A DNA stretch of 46,508 bases. It comes from Asterionella formosa. Lineage: Eukaryota. A program made the translations under genes and the position numbers. The DNA is taken from positions 1 through 46,508 of the forward strand of contig NKIB01014181.1 in NCBI GenBank assembly GCA_002256025.1, in the 5' to 3' direction. Positions 24,091 to 34,754 of this stretch are shown one piece after another (within the stretch, counting starts at the first letter, position 1; every line of letters begins with the position of its first letter). The notes under the pieces are model-generated. The model ran no database searches and was not told where the DNA came from. It saw only the letters and a program-made list of their open reading frames with translations.

Positions 24091-24666
24091 GAATTTCTTA
24101 ATATCACTAACTTTCATTCAGCCATTATTTAGGATCTTATGACATATGCGTGACCAAAAAGACGACAAAGACTGAGCGATTTCGAAAGTCCCACGGGAGC
24201 AGTCATTCAGAGCTTGGTCTGAATATTGACAAGCACCTTTTTCGTATAAGCTGTTTGATCTTACTAGGGCCGCGGCAATTCATTCCCTTGGTGAAGGAAG
24301 TCACACGCCAGTGTTCCTTCGATTTGATCTTTTCATGCGTTGCTTCTATTGCACGACAATGATGGAAAACCAACTAGAGATAGGGCGTACGCATCAAAAC
24401 GAGACTACTCGTAATGAATTCCGAAGGCGTTCCTGTCGTGCTTGTGTCTTTAAGGAGGCGTTAACTTCAAAAAGTTCAAATTCATTCGCTTTATGGTAAC
24501 GATGACTTGTTGACATTTTCAATGGAATCAACGCCATTTCGCTCTTAGGTGGATTCTACTCCAAAGGAATGATCTATGGCTACAACTGCTACGCACTATG
24601 ATGGTAACGTACAATAGATCGAAAACAGTCTGCTTCCATGGATTTACTAGCGAGCACACCATCACT

Positions 24667-25481
24667 TTAGAGCTGCCCAGAAGCCTCAATCTTTACAGGT
24701 GCTTTGGTGGCACCTGAACCAGATCCAACTCCTTCGATTGCCTTGACCACATCCATACCTTCAATGACCTGTCCAAAGACACAGTGCTTTCCATCCAACC
24801 AAGACGTGACCGCGGTACAGAGGAAGAATTGAGATCCGTTGGTGTTAGGTCCAGCGTTGGCCATGGAAAGAATACCAGGTCCAGTATGCTTCAATACAAA
24901 GTTTTCATCAGCAAACTTTTCTCCGTAAATGGACTTCCCTCCGGTGCCGTTGTGATTCGTGAAATCCCCTCCCTGGCACATGAATCCAGGAATGACACGG
25001 TGGAAAGAAGATCCGGCGAATCCGAATCCTTTCTCGCCGGTTGCCAAGGCACGAAAGTTTTCAGCGGTCTTTGGGACAACGTCGGCGCGAAGTTCCATGA
25101 CGATGCGGCCAGCGGCCCTTCCGCCAATGGAAATATCGAAAAAGACCTTAGGGTTAGCCCTGCAGGTACATACGTAGGATGGAAGAGATGAGCGTTAGAC
25201 ACCATGATAGATGCACCATTTTCAAATTACTTGATGGGTGTACGAATCTGGTCAAATCACCCAGATCTTTCGCCATGGCGTTCACTGTAATCCATACAAA
25301 GGACCAAAGCCCTGCACGTCACAACGGCATAATGGAGCAAAACTAACACGTCGCTCAATCTCGCCCCGTTTCATCACAGCTCCAAGTCGACATGGCCTTT
25401 CGTGAACCGAAAGAGCTAGATGGAAGGTCTCAATCAGCTAGGTACTAAGAAGCAGTGGAACGATGAGATATAAACTTACAT
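24667..25481 (-). CDS. Cyclophilin A-type peptidyl-prolyl cis-trans isomerase; coding exons 25481..25480 (AT) and 25159..24667
   Basis: Hallmark motifs [41 protein letters not shown] and WLDGKH. Splicing AT|G gives the start [10 protein letters not shown]. Confidence 0.95.
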
Positions 25482-25640
25482 GGTGACGAGATGTAAAGTT
25501 AGATTTGTGGGGTCACGATTGGGGGATGCGAACAGAAAGATCCTATTTTTCCTCGTCCCTGGAGAATTTACGTGATTTTATGGTCAGGAGTACAAGTACA
25601 AATATGCCCGTACATTTGTTTGGTACCTGATGATACCAGA

Positions 25641-25729
25641 GCAAGTTGCGGTCATTTTGCTTAAACTAACATTTTAGTCTGGGATAAAGATAGCTAAATC
25701 TTTAGTTTCAGCAACTTACCGCAACTTGC
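25641..25729. mobile_element. Short (89-bp) inverted-repeat element, MITE-like
   Basis: The ends GCAAGTTGCGGT and ACCGCAACTTGC form a perfect 12-bp inverted repeat that extends imperfectly to about 28 bp. Related arms are at 13910 and 32655. Confidence 0.65.
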
Positions 25730-26532
25730 ACAGAGGTTCTTACGTACACCCTTCTGGTATACTGGTACGGTACCCCTGGTACCGTAGTACCACCGGTACC
25801 AGGTACTGGTATACCGGTACATGTAACGGTGAGGAGCGAGTCATGGTGTTCGTCCGCCCACCCAAGGCGAAATAGCACTGGATGCTAAGCATACTTACTA
25901 CTTGTACACACTGGTCAAGTATCCACTGCTGTACCTGGTACCAGGATGTATTTAGGGTTAGCAGCATAGGTGTTTTGTTGCACAATGGGTTGGTGATAAG
26001 GAACTGATGTTGATGCATGTTTGAGGGTTACTGGTTGCCTTGCTAGCAGGCAGCAGGCAGAGTTGCAGTACCAGGTCCTTGGTTGACATGACAAAGGCAC
26101 TTGTAATGCCTCTGACAAGATTGATATCAGAATAATAAGGGCATACATTTTTACTAGCATGAGGAGCTGACTAGTCTACTACTATCCAACACCTTATCTA
26201 AGCCATAGAGCAAAATACCATGACTCTAGAAATAGATTCTAGGCTTGGAATATGCTACAAAATGATTGACGTACATAAATGACTTCTGAAGGCAGGCAAA
26301 CAGTCGTAACCAAGAAAGGCTTGTGACAATATTGGTTTGTTCTCATTCATAGACTTCTTAATAATTTGCGTTTGTCAATTGCATTGTAGTACTGTGCAAA
26401 ATTAAGGAACCACCATGTGTAAACGAAAGTAAGAAAACAGGAACATGTCCAAACTAAGGTGACAGAACAGAGCAAATTGAAAAACATGTCGTTGTCCAAC
26501 TCTTGAGAGGCAGTCCACTCATCAGTTCTATA

Positions 26533-27051
26533 CTACAGCTCAGGCAATCCATTCACTTGGCAAACCAAATCTCTCACGAACATTCCTACCAGCCTGTGTC
26601 CATCTTGTTGACATTCCCATTCTCCGGTCATGGCATTGCAAAGATATGAATATCCTCCCGACATGGGGCTCACGAATCGAATTGCAGTTTGTTCTTCATT
26701 AATTTCAAAAACGTATTGTCCGTGATGTGGTGCCAATGTGAGTGTTAACTTCAAAGGCGTTCGATTGATGATAAATACATCGTTGACACGTTCCATGGGA
26801 ATCAAGGACAATTCGATTTTATCCAAAAAATTCTGAGCTGCGTCCGCAAAAGCAAGGGGATCTGTCACTCCAATGGGAGAGCCTGATCTTCGATAACCGT
26901 CACTGTTTCCTGAATCCTCAGATCCTGGACGTCGTCGCCGTCGTCGTGGCTGCATATCTAATTGATCATAAGGTTCATCACTAAAGTGTCTTCTTGCGAT
27001 GACGCGGCGGCAACGAGCGGATACTGCACAAGGAATAAGTGTATTCTTCAT
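26533..27051 (-). CDS. Divergent frataxin/CyaY-like protein with mitochondrial presequence
   Basis: Helix FADAAQNFLDKIE, strands LTLTL..GQYVF, then SPMSGGYSY, W...DG and a C-terminal helix. The N-terminus is Arg-rich (RRHFS). The ATG abuts a gap. Confidence 0.7.
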   Translation of the reverse strand: MKNTLIPCAVSARCRRVIARRHFSDEPYDQLDMQPRRRRRRPGSEDSGNSDGYRRSGSPIGVTDPLAFADAAQNFLDKIELSLIPMERVNDVFIINRTPLKLTLTLAPHHGQYVFEINEEQTAIRFVSPMSGGYSYLCNAMTGEWECQQDGHRLVGMFVRDLVCQVNGLPEL

Positions 27052-28224
27052 TGGNNNNNNNNNNNNNNNNNNNNNNNNNNNNNNNNNNNNNNNNNNNNNN
27101 NNNNNNNNNNNNNNNNNNNNNNNNNNNNNNNNNNNNNNNNNNNNNNNNNNNNNNNNNNNNNNNNNNNNNNNNNNNNNNNNNNNNNNNNNNNNNNNNNNNN
27201 NNNNNNNNNNNNNNNNNNNNNNNNNNNNNNNNNNNNNNNNNNNNNNNNNNNNNNNNNNNNNNNNNNNNNNNNNNNNNNNNNNNNNNNNNNNNNNNNNNNN
27301 NNNNNNNNNNNNNNNNNNNNNNNNNNNNNNNNNNNNNNNNNNNNNNNNNNNNNNNNNNNNNNNNNNNNNNNNNNNNNNNNNNNNNNNNNNNNNNNNNNNN
27401 NNNNNNNNNNNNNNNNNNNNNNNNNNNNNNNNNNNNNNNNNNNCGTGAAATGAAGGAGGAAGCAGCGATGGCTTGTAAAATGGGAACTCCGGGTAAATCC
27501 AATTCTGTGCGTAGTACCTGGTACTACAGTATGATGTGGTTGGTACTGGAATAGGTCTACCAGGGTATCGTATCTGGTTCTAGACTGCTATACCCTGGTA
27601 CCAGGTACCACCCTGAGAACTGAGCACTGACCACTGTCAACAAAGGTTGCGGAGCTCGCGAATTATCGCCATTGACGACGAGCGACGCGATTGACTCAGC
27701 AAGAGAGGTCGAAGTTGTCGAAGACGACTCACATTTTGAATTTATTGATAGACATACAGGCTTGAATATAATTTTGTGTCAGTATGATTTGTAATGAACA
27801 CGAGTGACAAGAGTGGATACGACCTACCTATTTGATTTGAATTAATGATGGCATACATGAAGGCCGGCCAGCAGGAGTGACCTTACCGCACGATGTGCAT
27901 TCAACAAATAGAAAAATAAGCAACAGCCAAGCATGACACATACAGAAAACAAGGAGAGTTCCGCCCGGCGAAGCCAACAAGATGACCTGTGGTCTCCTTC
28001 GTTTATTGGACAATAACAAAGAACAAGAAATAAATGAGTCTAGCTTAGAGCAGTACTGTACCCCGATTGACAATGTGCATACATAATATATTAAGATATG
28101 TATATATTCAATATCAGTTTCTGTTTGAAAATGCCGCATGTCTTATTTAAGCCGCCATTTATATCACAAAACAAGATTGATTCTTTCTCCAGCCGGATCT
28201 GACCCTTGATCATTGGTCCATGAC

Positions 28225-29811
28225 ATGTCGGACCATGAAGCCCCTTCAGAGGATGCACCTCGACGCCCTCCATCGATTCGACGCCCTAGGATGCCATCAC
28301 GTCTTCCATTTCAAGATATGGGACGCGACAACTTTCCCGGCCTAGACGAAGTCCTCGGAACTGGCGGACTCAAACCGCAACCACCCCCACAGCAGCAGGC
28401 TGCCACTGATCCGGCCAATCGATCCGTCTGCTCCTCCGTCGACGCTTCCTTGATGGACATGTCAATTGGTGCACGAGCATCCATGACAGAGCACTTGCGC
28501 CATATTGCCAAGTTCGGCTTTGACGATTCGCCGCACCATGTTTCGGATCTTCAGTCGCCGCAGCAGCTGCACCCGAGTGACGATGAATGGAATCTACTAC
28601 TAGATGGCAATTCTTCGCATGCATCGTGGGGGACACGAGTTGATGATTCCTTTGCCAACACGGAGGTTGCGTCGCAACTAGTCGAAGCAGAATCCATTGA
28701 GGTCTTTGCCGATGTTAGCAGTGATTTCTTCAACAGCTCGAGGGTGTACCAACTGGCGACGCCGGAAAAGAACAAGAATTCAAACCCAAAGAAGGTCACG
28801 ACGAGATCGAGGAATGCATCGCAATGTGAAGATTCGGAAACAGGATCGGCACAGGAATCAGATGGGTCCACGATGATACACATGTTCAAGACAGCAATGA
28901 GTCTGAACGACAGCGCAGTAGTGACAGAAGACCCTGAATCCAGCTTCTTATCCTTTTGTGGAGTGGATGTGTCGCGAATCAGTGCTACCAATGACTCGTT
29001 CACTGATGCTCGCAGATCTCCGGATATTTCGATGGAGTTCTTTTCCCCGTTTGATATTGAAACTCCCTCAAGAGCTGCTCGAAGGGACATTTCATTTTCA
29101 ACTCCTGGACGAACTGAACATGTGCAGCTTACGCCACCACGGATGAGCCCCACATGTTCCTCCTTGAAATCACCTCCAATTTCGACCAGGCACCACAACC
29201 GTGCCGTTGACAGGGAAAAGTTTGCTAATCTGGGCCTATCGCCGATCGCTGCCCGGGCTGGTCACATTGCTGCGAACGTCTTGCGTAGAACAAACGATGC
29301 CAAAAATTTAAAATCACCGGATCGCTTTCCAGATCTATCCTCCGACGGGAGCGCCCCCATGCTCGGGGATGTTGAACTTTGTGGCGAGATTCAAAAGAAC
29401 GTTGCCAACCTATCTGCGATTCTTATTCAACCTCACTCTGACATCCACTTGTTAGATGTTTCAACATTATCAGAGGAACATGAATTCAGTGCCAGTATCA
29501 ACAAGTACAGCAGCAGCGGTAGTAGTATCAGCAAGAATCAAACGGAAAGTAGCAGCTCAAGCATCCGCAGACGTCACCTGACGCCGAAAGATCGAAGGCG
29601 CTTTCGAACAGTCGTCCCTCACAGAGTGTTCATTGACGAGCCATCCGACTTTCCCGACCAAGCAGACGATAGCTTTTCAGTACCTTCGACCAATGTTGCA
29701 ACAGCGAGCTCAACTGACGACTCAAGCGATGATCTTCCATCAACGTCCTTGTTGCGGTCCTTTGATGATGTTGCGGAGGACCGGGAAGTGAAGAAACGGC
29801 ACGCGTGTTAG
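28225..29811 (+). CDS. Ser/Asp/Pro-rich, probably disordered hypothetical protein
   Basis: Uninterrupted ORF of about 528 codons from ATG 28225, with many SP/TP sites and no recognisable domain. Confidence 0.7.
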   Translation: MSDHEAPSEDAPRRPPSIRRPRMPSRLPFQDMGRDNFPGLDEVLGTGGLKPQPPPQQQAATDPANRSVCSSVDASLMDMSIGARASMTEHLRHIAKFGFDDSPHHVSDLQSPQQLHPSDDEWNLLLDGNSSHASWGTRVDDSFANTEVASQLVEAESIEVFADVSSDFFNSSRVYQLATPEKNKNSNPKKVTTRSRNASQCEDSETGSAQESDGSTMIHMFKTAMSLNDSAVVTEDPESSFLSFCGVDVSRISATNDSFTDARRSPDISMEFFSPFDIETPSRAARRDISFSTPGRTEHVQLTPPRMSPTCSSLKSPPISTRHHNRAVDREKFANLGLSPIAARAGHIAANVLRRTNDAKNLKSPDRFPDLSSDGSAPMLGDVELCGEIQKNVANLSAILIQPHSDIHLLDVSTLSEEHEFSASINKYSSSGSSISKNQTESSSSSIRRRHLTPKDRRRFRTVVPHRVFIDEPSDFPDQADDSFSVPSTNVATASSTDDSSDDLPSTSLLRSFDDVAEDREVKKRHAC

Positions 29812-29964
29812 TGGGAAGCACTGTATGTAGTCTAGAACCAGAGTGTATTTAAAACGCTAACTATTTATCCTTTATACATACATATTCGATGTCGGGAGCG
29901 TTCATAGTTTTTCGCGTGCACTGGTACCATTCTTTGTCTCGACAATGACATCTCAAGACATGCT

Positions 29965-30641
29965 TCAACCCCAAATTGACGAAAAAAGTGAGCCAAGTTG
30001 TTTTAGGCCATACGAGACCACTGCTGCACTGGGTGATGTCGAAATGGTATCAGCATTGACCTTATCATAACCTTCCTTGTCATAGTGGCTTCCACCATCA
30101 GTTGTTCTTAACACCAGCACCTCGTTGTATCCTCGATTTGCTATACTGCGAATACTAATATATTATACAATATGATGTGTAATGGTGAGTATCAAACACA
30201 TGTAAACATTACATGGTCACAAAATGGGCAAATCCAGTTAAACGAGCATAGCCAGGTCAACTTACACCCAAGGATCCAAAACAATAAACTCTCCTTTATT
30301 GAGCTGAATGTCATCTTGCTCCTGCACGGATAGTGTGCAAGTTCCTTGCAAAATATAGTAAAATTCAACCCCGTGAGCTTTAGCGGTTGTCATTTCTGTT
30401 TTGGGCCCCAATGTCAACAAGGAAACATGCATGTCGGCTGTCCTTGAATTCTTGGGAGTCACCATAGTTCGAATGTATGCTCCATCTCCCAATGATTTTG
30501 TTTCCAGATTCATCAAATCTTTGCTCGGCAGTTGCACTTCATCCTGGTTCAACCAGAACCAACCCACCCGCAAGCGTTCAAAGAGTCGATTCCTTCGTAT
30601 TTCATGAGCTAAAAAATATCCAATACCTATTCCAGCAACTA
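29965..30641 (-). CDS. Cupin-fold protein with N-terminal TM, 5'-partial; exons ~30641..30266 and 30154..29965
   Basis: Cupin strands HGVEFYYILQGTCTL...LNKGEFIVLDPW. A GTAAGT donor at 30265 and a TAG acceptor at 30155 continue the frame as VIRSIANRGYNEVLVLR. The upstream in-frame stretch VAGIGIGYFLA has no ATG, so exon 1 is probably in or near the gap. Confidence 0.7.
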
Positions 30642-31758
30642 CTTATGGTGCATTCAGAAATAGATTGAGTGTGATGGTTTCTCCGCTGTCACATGACACT
30701 GTACGCAACACTTTAANNNNNNNNNNNNNNNNNNNNNNNNNNNNNNNNNNNNNNNNNNNNNNNNNNNNNNNNNNNNNNNNNNNNNNNNNNNNNNNNNNNN
30801 NNNNNNNNNNNNNNNNNNNNNNNNNNNNNNNNNNNNNNNNNNNNNNNNNNNNNNNNNNNNNNNNNNNNNNNNNNNNNNNNNNNNNNNNNNNNNNNNNNNN
30901 NNNNNNNNNNNNNNNNNNNNNNNNNNNNNNNNNNNNNNNNNNNNNNNNNNNNNNNNNNNNNNNNNNNNNNNNNNNNNNNNNNNNNNNNNNNNNNNNNNNN
31001 NNNNNNNNNNNNNNNNNNNNNNNNNNNNNNNNNNNNNNNNNNNNNNNNNNNNNNNNNNNNNNNNNNNNNNNNNNNNNNNNNNNNNNNNNNNNNNNNNNNN
31101 NNNNNNNNNNNNNNNNNNNNNNNNNNNNNNNNNNNNNNNNNNNNNNNNNNNNNNNNNNNNNNNNNNNNNNNNNNNNNNNNNNNNNNNNNNNNNNNNNNNN
31201 NNNNNNNNNNNNNNNNNNNNNNNNNNNNNNNNNNNNNNNNNNNNNNNNNNNNNNNNNNNNNNNNNNNNNNNNNNNNNNNNNNNNNNNNNNNNNNNNNNNN
31301 NNNNNNNNNNNNNNNNNNNNNNNNNNNNNNNNNNNNNNNNNNNNNNNNNNNNNNNNNNNNNNNNNNNNNNNNNNNNNNNNNNNNNNNNNNNNNNNNNNNN
31401 NNNNNNNNNNNNNNNNNNNNNNNNNNNNNNNNNNNNNNNNNNNNNNNNNNNNNNNNNNNNNNNNNNNNNNNNNNNNNNNNNNNNNNNNNNNNNNNNNNNN
31501 NNNNNNNNNNNNNNNNNNNNNNNNAGGTGCATAACCTTGTTATCACTTGGAATGCATCCCCAAATTGTGAAGCATGCTATCAGGAGTACCTGCAGCCCTA
31601 GGTGCATGGATGAGACCAGTGGATAAGACCTTCTTTTGATTGCTATTATCACTCGTTCTAGAACAGATATTGAAAACATTGTGTAGGCTGTGCAACTCTT
31701 TAATTATTGTCGAACAAGGGGGTAGGGCAAACAAAGGTAAAACTAAGGATAAAATAGA

Positions 31759-32421
31759 TTAGTCAAAGCAAGTCGACCTTATTACGTTTTGTGGAAATGT
31801 ACCATCCCCCTCATGATCGACAGGACTTTTTTCTTTTGATCGCATATAGTCCATAAGAATCGCTTTATGATCAGCAAAAAATTCATGTTGCTGAATATCA
31901 CTCAGTGACATTCTTACAACTTCCTTGGCATCATCGGCAGCACGAGGATCAGCATCGATTGGTATCTCCACCACAAAGACAGCAGATACAGTATGTCTTC
32001 TATTATCTCTTCGTGGATCTGAGTAAACTCCAATCAATTTCAGAGGTCCGGGCAAATCCACCCCCAATTCTTCTTTAATCTCCCGTCGTACCGTGTTTTC
32101 CACAGTTTCACCTACTTCTACAAAGCCTCCAACGGTAGCTAATTGGGAGGTATCTTGACGTCGGATCACCCACACATGGTCGTTGCCCGACAACAGTACC
32201 ACATCAATGGCCAAACTTGGGTTGCACATACAGTACTTGTCGGCAGAGCACCAACATGTGCCTGTTCGATCGTCCAGAGGATGGCCACCACGGAATTGCA
32301 ATGATTTGCCCACGAGGGAAGCGCGTTGTTGCTGCCGTTGCTGGAAGGCGACGAAAAGGAGAATGACATTCAGTGTCAGTGAAACAATGGTTACGACTCT
32401 TTTTATACGAGTTGAATACAT
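31759..32421 (-). CDS. Nudix hydrolase (ADP-ribose pyrophosphatase-like) with N-terminal signal anchor
   Basis: Nudix box GGFVEVGETVENTVRREIKEELG, plus YSDPRRD.R.HTVS, AADDA and FADH. The start is uncertain (ATGs at 32505, ~32469 and 32421). Confidence 0.88.
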   Translation of the reverse strand: MYSTRIKRVVTIVSLTLNVILLFVAFQQRQQQRASLVGKSLQFRGGHPLDDRTGTCWCSADKYCMCNPSLAIDVVLLSGNDHVWVIRRQDTSQLATVGGFVEVGETVENTVRREIKEELGVDLPGPLKLIGVYSDPRRDNRRHTVSAVFVVEIPIDADPRAADDAKEVVRMSLSDIQQHEFFADHKAILMDYMRSKEKSPVDHEGDGTFPQNVIRSTCFD

Positions 32422-32654
32422 AGAAGCATTTCGCTTGTTGTAGTAATGTGGATGAACAGCTTGGCTCATTTGGTATCTAGTTGTATCAATGTAACGAGGA
32501 TGCATGATACCGGTTATACTGGTGTACTGGTACGTTGTTTATATCTTTCGTTCTCGTCTTCTTCTCGTCCTCATGATAAGCCAGCAGTCGGAAGAGGATC
32601 CGACTTGTTCGGGACCCAGCTACATAGTACCCGTATCGTTTCTCATGAAACCCT

Positions 32655-32690
32655 GCAAGTTGCGGTCATTTTGCTTAAATAAACATTTTC
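32655..32690. repeat. Third copy of the GCAAGTTGCGGT element arm, running into an assembly gap
   Basis: GCAAGTTGCGGTCATTTTGCTTAAA is identical to 25641..25665. Confidence 0.8.
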
Positions 32691-34754
32691 NNNNNNNNNN
32701 NNNNNNNNNNNNNNNNNNNNNNNNNNNNNNNNNNNNNNNNNNNNNNNNNNNNNNNNNNNNNNNNNNNNNNNNNNNNNNNNNNNNNNNNNNNNNNNNNNNN
32801 NNNNNNNNNNNNNNNNNNNNNNNNNNNNNNNNNNNNNNNNNNNNNNNNNNNNNNNNNNNNNNNNNNNNNNNNNNNNNNNNNNNNNNNNNNNNNNNNNNNN
32901 NNNNNNNNNNNNNNNNNNNNNNNNNNNNNNNNNNNNNNNNNNNNNNNNNNNNNNNNNNNNNNNNNNNNNNNNNNNNNNNNNNNNNNNNNNNNNNNNNNNN
33001 NNNNNNNNNNNNNNNNNNNNNNNNNNNNNNNNNNNNNNNNNNNNNNNNNNNNNNNNNNNNNNNNNNNNNNNNNNNNNNNNNNNNNNNNNNNNNNNNNNNN
33101 NNNNNNNNNNNNNNNNNNNNNNNNNNNNNNNNNNNNNNNNNNNNNNNNNNNNNNNNNNNNNNNNNNNNNNNNNNNNNNNNNNNNNNNNNNNNNNNNNNNN
33201 NNNNNNNNNNNNNNNNNNNNNNNNNNNNNNNNNNNNNNNNNNNNNNNNNNNNNNNNNNNNNNNNNNNNNNNNNNNNNNNNNNNNNNNNNNNNNNNNNNNN
33301 NNNNNNNNNNNNNNNNNNNNNNNNNNNNNNNNNNNNNNNNNNNNNNNNNNNNNNNNNNNNNNNNNNNNNNNNNNNNNNNNNNNNNNNNNNNNNNNNNNNN
33401 NNNNNNNNNNNNNNNNNNNNNNNNNNNNNNNNNNNNNNNNNNNNNNNNNNNNNNNNNNNNNNNNNNNNNNNNNNNNNNNNNNNNNNNNNNNNNNNNNNNN
33501 NNNNNNNNNNNNNNNNNNNNNNNNNNNNNNNNNNNNNNNNNNNNTCATAATCCCCCACCTCTCATGAACATCTGGAGCACCTAAGATGATTGAAATGAAA
33601 AAATCAGTGTTTGGTCATACTAATAATCAATCGAACATAGTGAAATAGAGGTTCAACAAAGTTTTTAGGTGGTACCAGGTAATCGGAATCCAATGTGTTT
33701 GGCACCTAGCATTCTATAAATGTAGATTACATACATTGTTATTTGATTCACATCATCAACATTGCAGCTACCGGTATGCCATCACATACAAGTTTATGTA
33801 CCGGTAAAAAAAGAAGAATGAAGGACCACAAAGCAAAAACAGCAAGGCAATATTTTCTTAGATGCTTAGGTCTACATTGAATATAGTAGAACTTATCTTA
33901 TGCTTACCGGTAGTAGGTCTAGAGTATTGCATGTAGACCAAGGCATTGTTCTGAAAGCACAAGTATGGTCAGATCTTGTTGGAATATTCTTGACTATTTC
34001 GTTACTAGTTTCCTTCTCCCTGGATAGCTAGAAATACTTGAGCTCTGAGTTGTATGTAATTTGCTACATACCATTTCTAGCCATCAGAAGGTTTAGCAAA
34101 CCAATATACTCTAGTAATTTCTTATGATAGCAGCTACTAGCACTAGCAAGCAACTGGACTCATAAAAGGCAACAATTACTTCTACTTGTATATTGGTAGC
34201 ACTACTGAATAATTAAAGACTGACTTGAGTCTACTCGTACCAGAATAATTAGCTGGCCTCCAAAGTCTACACAGGACATCAGCAATTGCTAGAAAATGTA
34301 AAGGTCAGCATTCGCTTTGTTGGCTGACATATTACCATTGTTTTCTCATTATTCACCATCCGTCTGTCAGACAGTCGTTATTGTATGAACCATGATGACG
34401 TATGTAATGATACTACTTTACGGGTACATTTGTAAATCCTACCACTATACAAATACAAAGTAGGATGACCATACGTAACGGTTTATTCACGTACCCGTAT
34501 TTATATATTTATTTATTTATTTATGATCATGAGGTTGTGATGATTTGAGTTTTCTGCCTTCTCGATGAAAATAACTAATGGAGTATTAAGCAATTATTGC
34601 AATCATGCACAGGTCCACACCGGTAGTTTATTGCATAAGATCTGTTCCTTCCTTCCATGTTCCTGATTCGTTCATAACAAGCAGGTACAAGCGCGTTCCA
34701 TCCTAACGTTCCAGCCATTTAGTATCCCTGGATTAAATCATATCAATCCCTATC

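Larger units (their letters stand above)
3778..33544. other. Eight assembly gaps: 3778-4163, 8502-8974, 11656-12255, 14813-15238, 21658-22066, 27055-27443, 30717-31524, 32691-33544
   Basis: Runs of N. Confidence 0.99.

Noticed and set aside
24091..24666. Possible gene or ncRNA between convergent genes
   Set aside because: Only short ORFs, with no convincing splice pattern or RNA motif.
25160..25479. C/D snoRNA in the cyclophilin intron (GTGATGA on the minus strand near 25375)
   Set aside because: No downstream CTGA D box or terminal stem was found.
25740..25830. CRISPR-like or prokaryotic repeat array
   Set aside because: No constant repeat with unique spacers, no cas genes, and the context is eukaryotic and intron-containing.
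28551..29198. 215-aa antisense ORF and similar antisense ORFs inside real genes
   Set aside because: Shadow frames of coding sequence with no independent motifs.
3522..33558. Long ORFs containing X runs
   Set aside because: These are artefacts of translating through N gaps.
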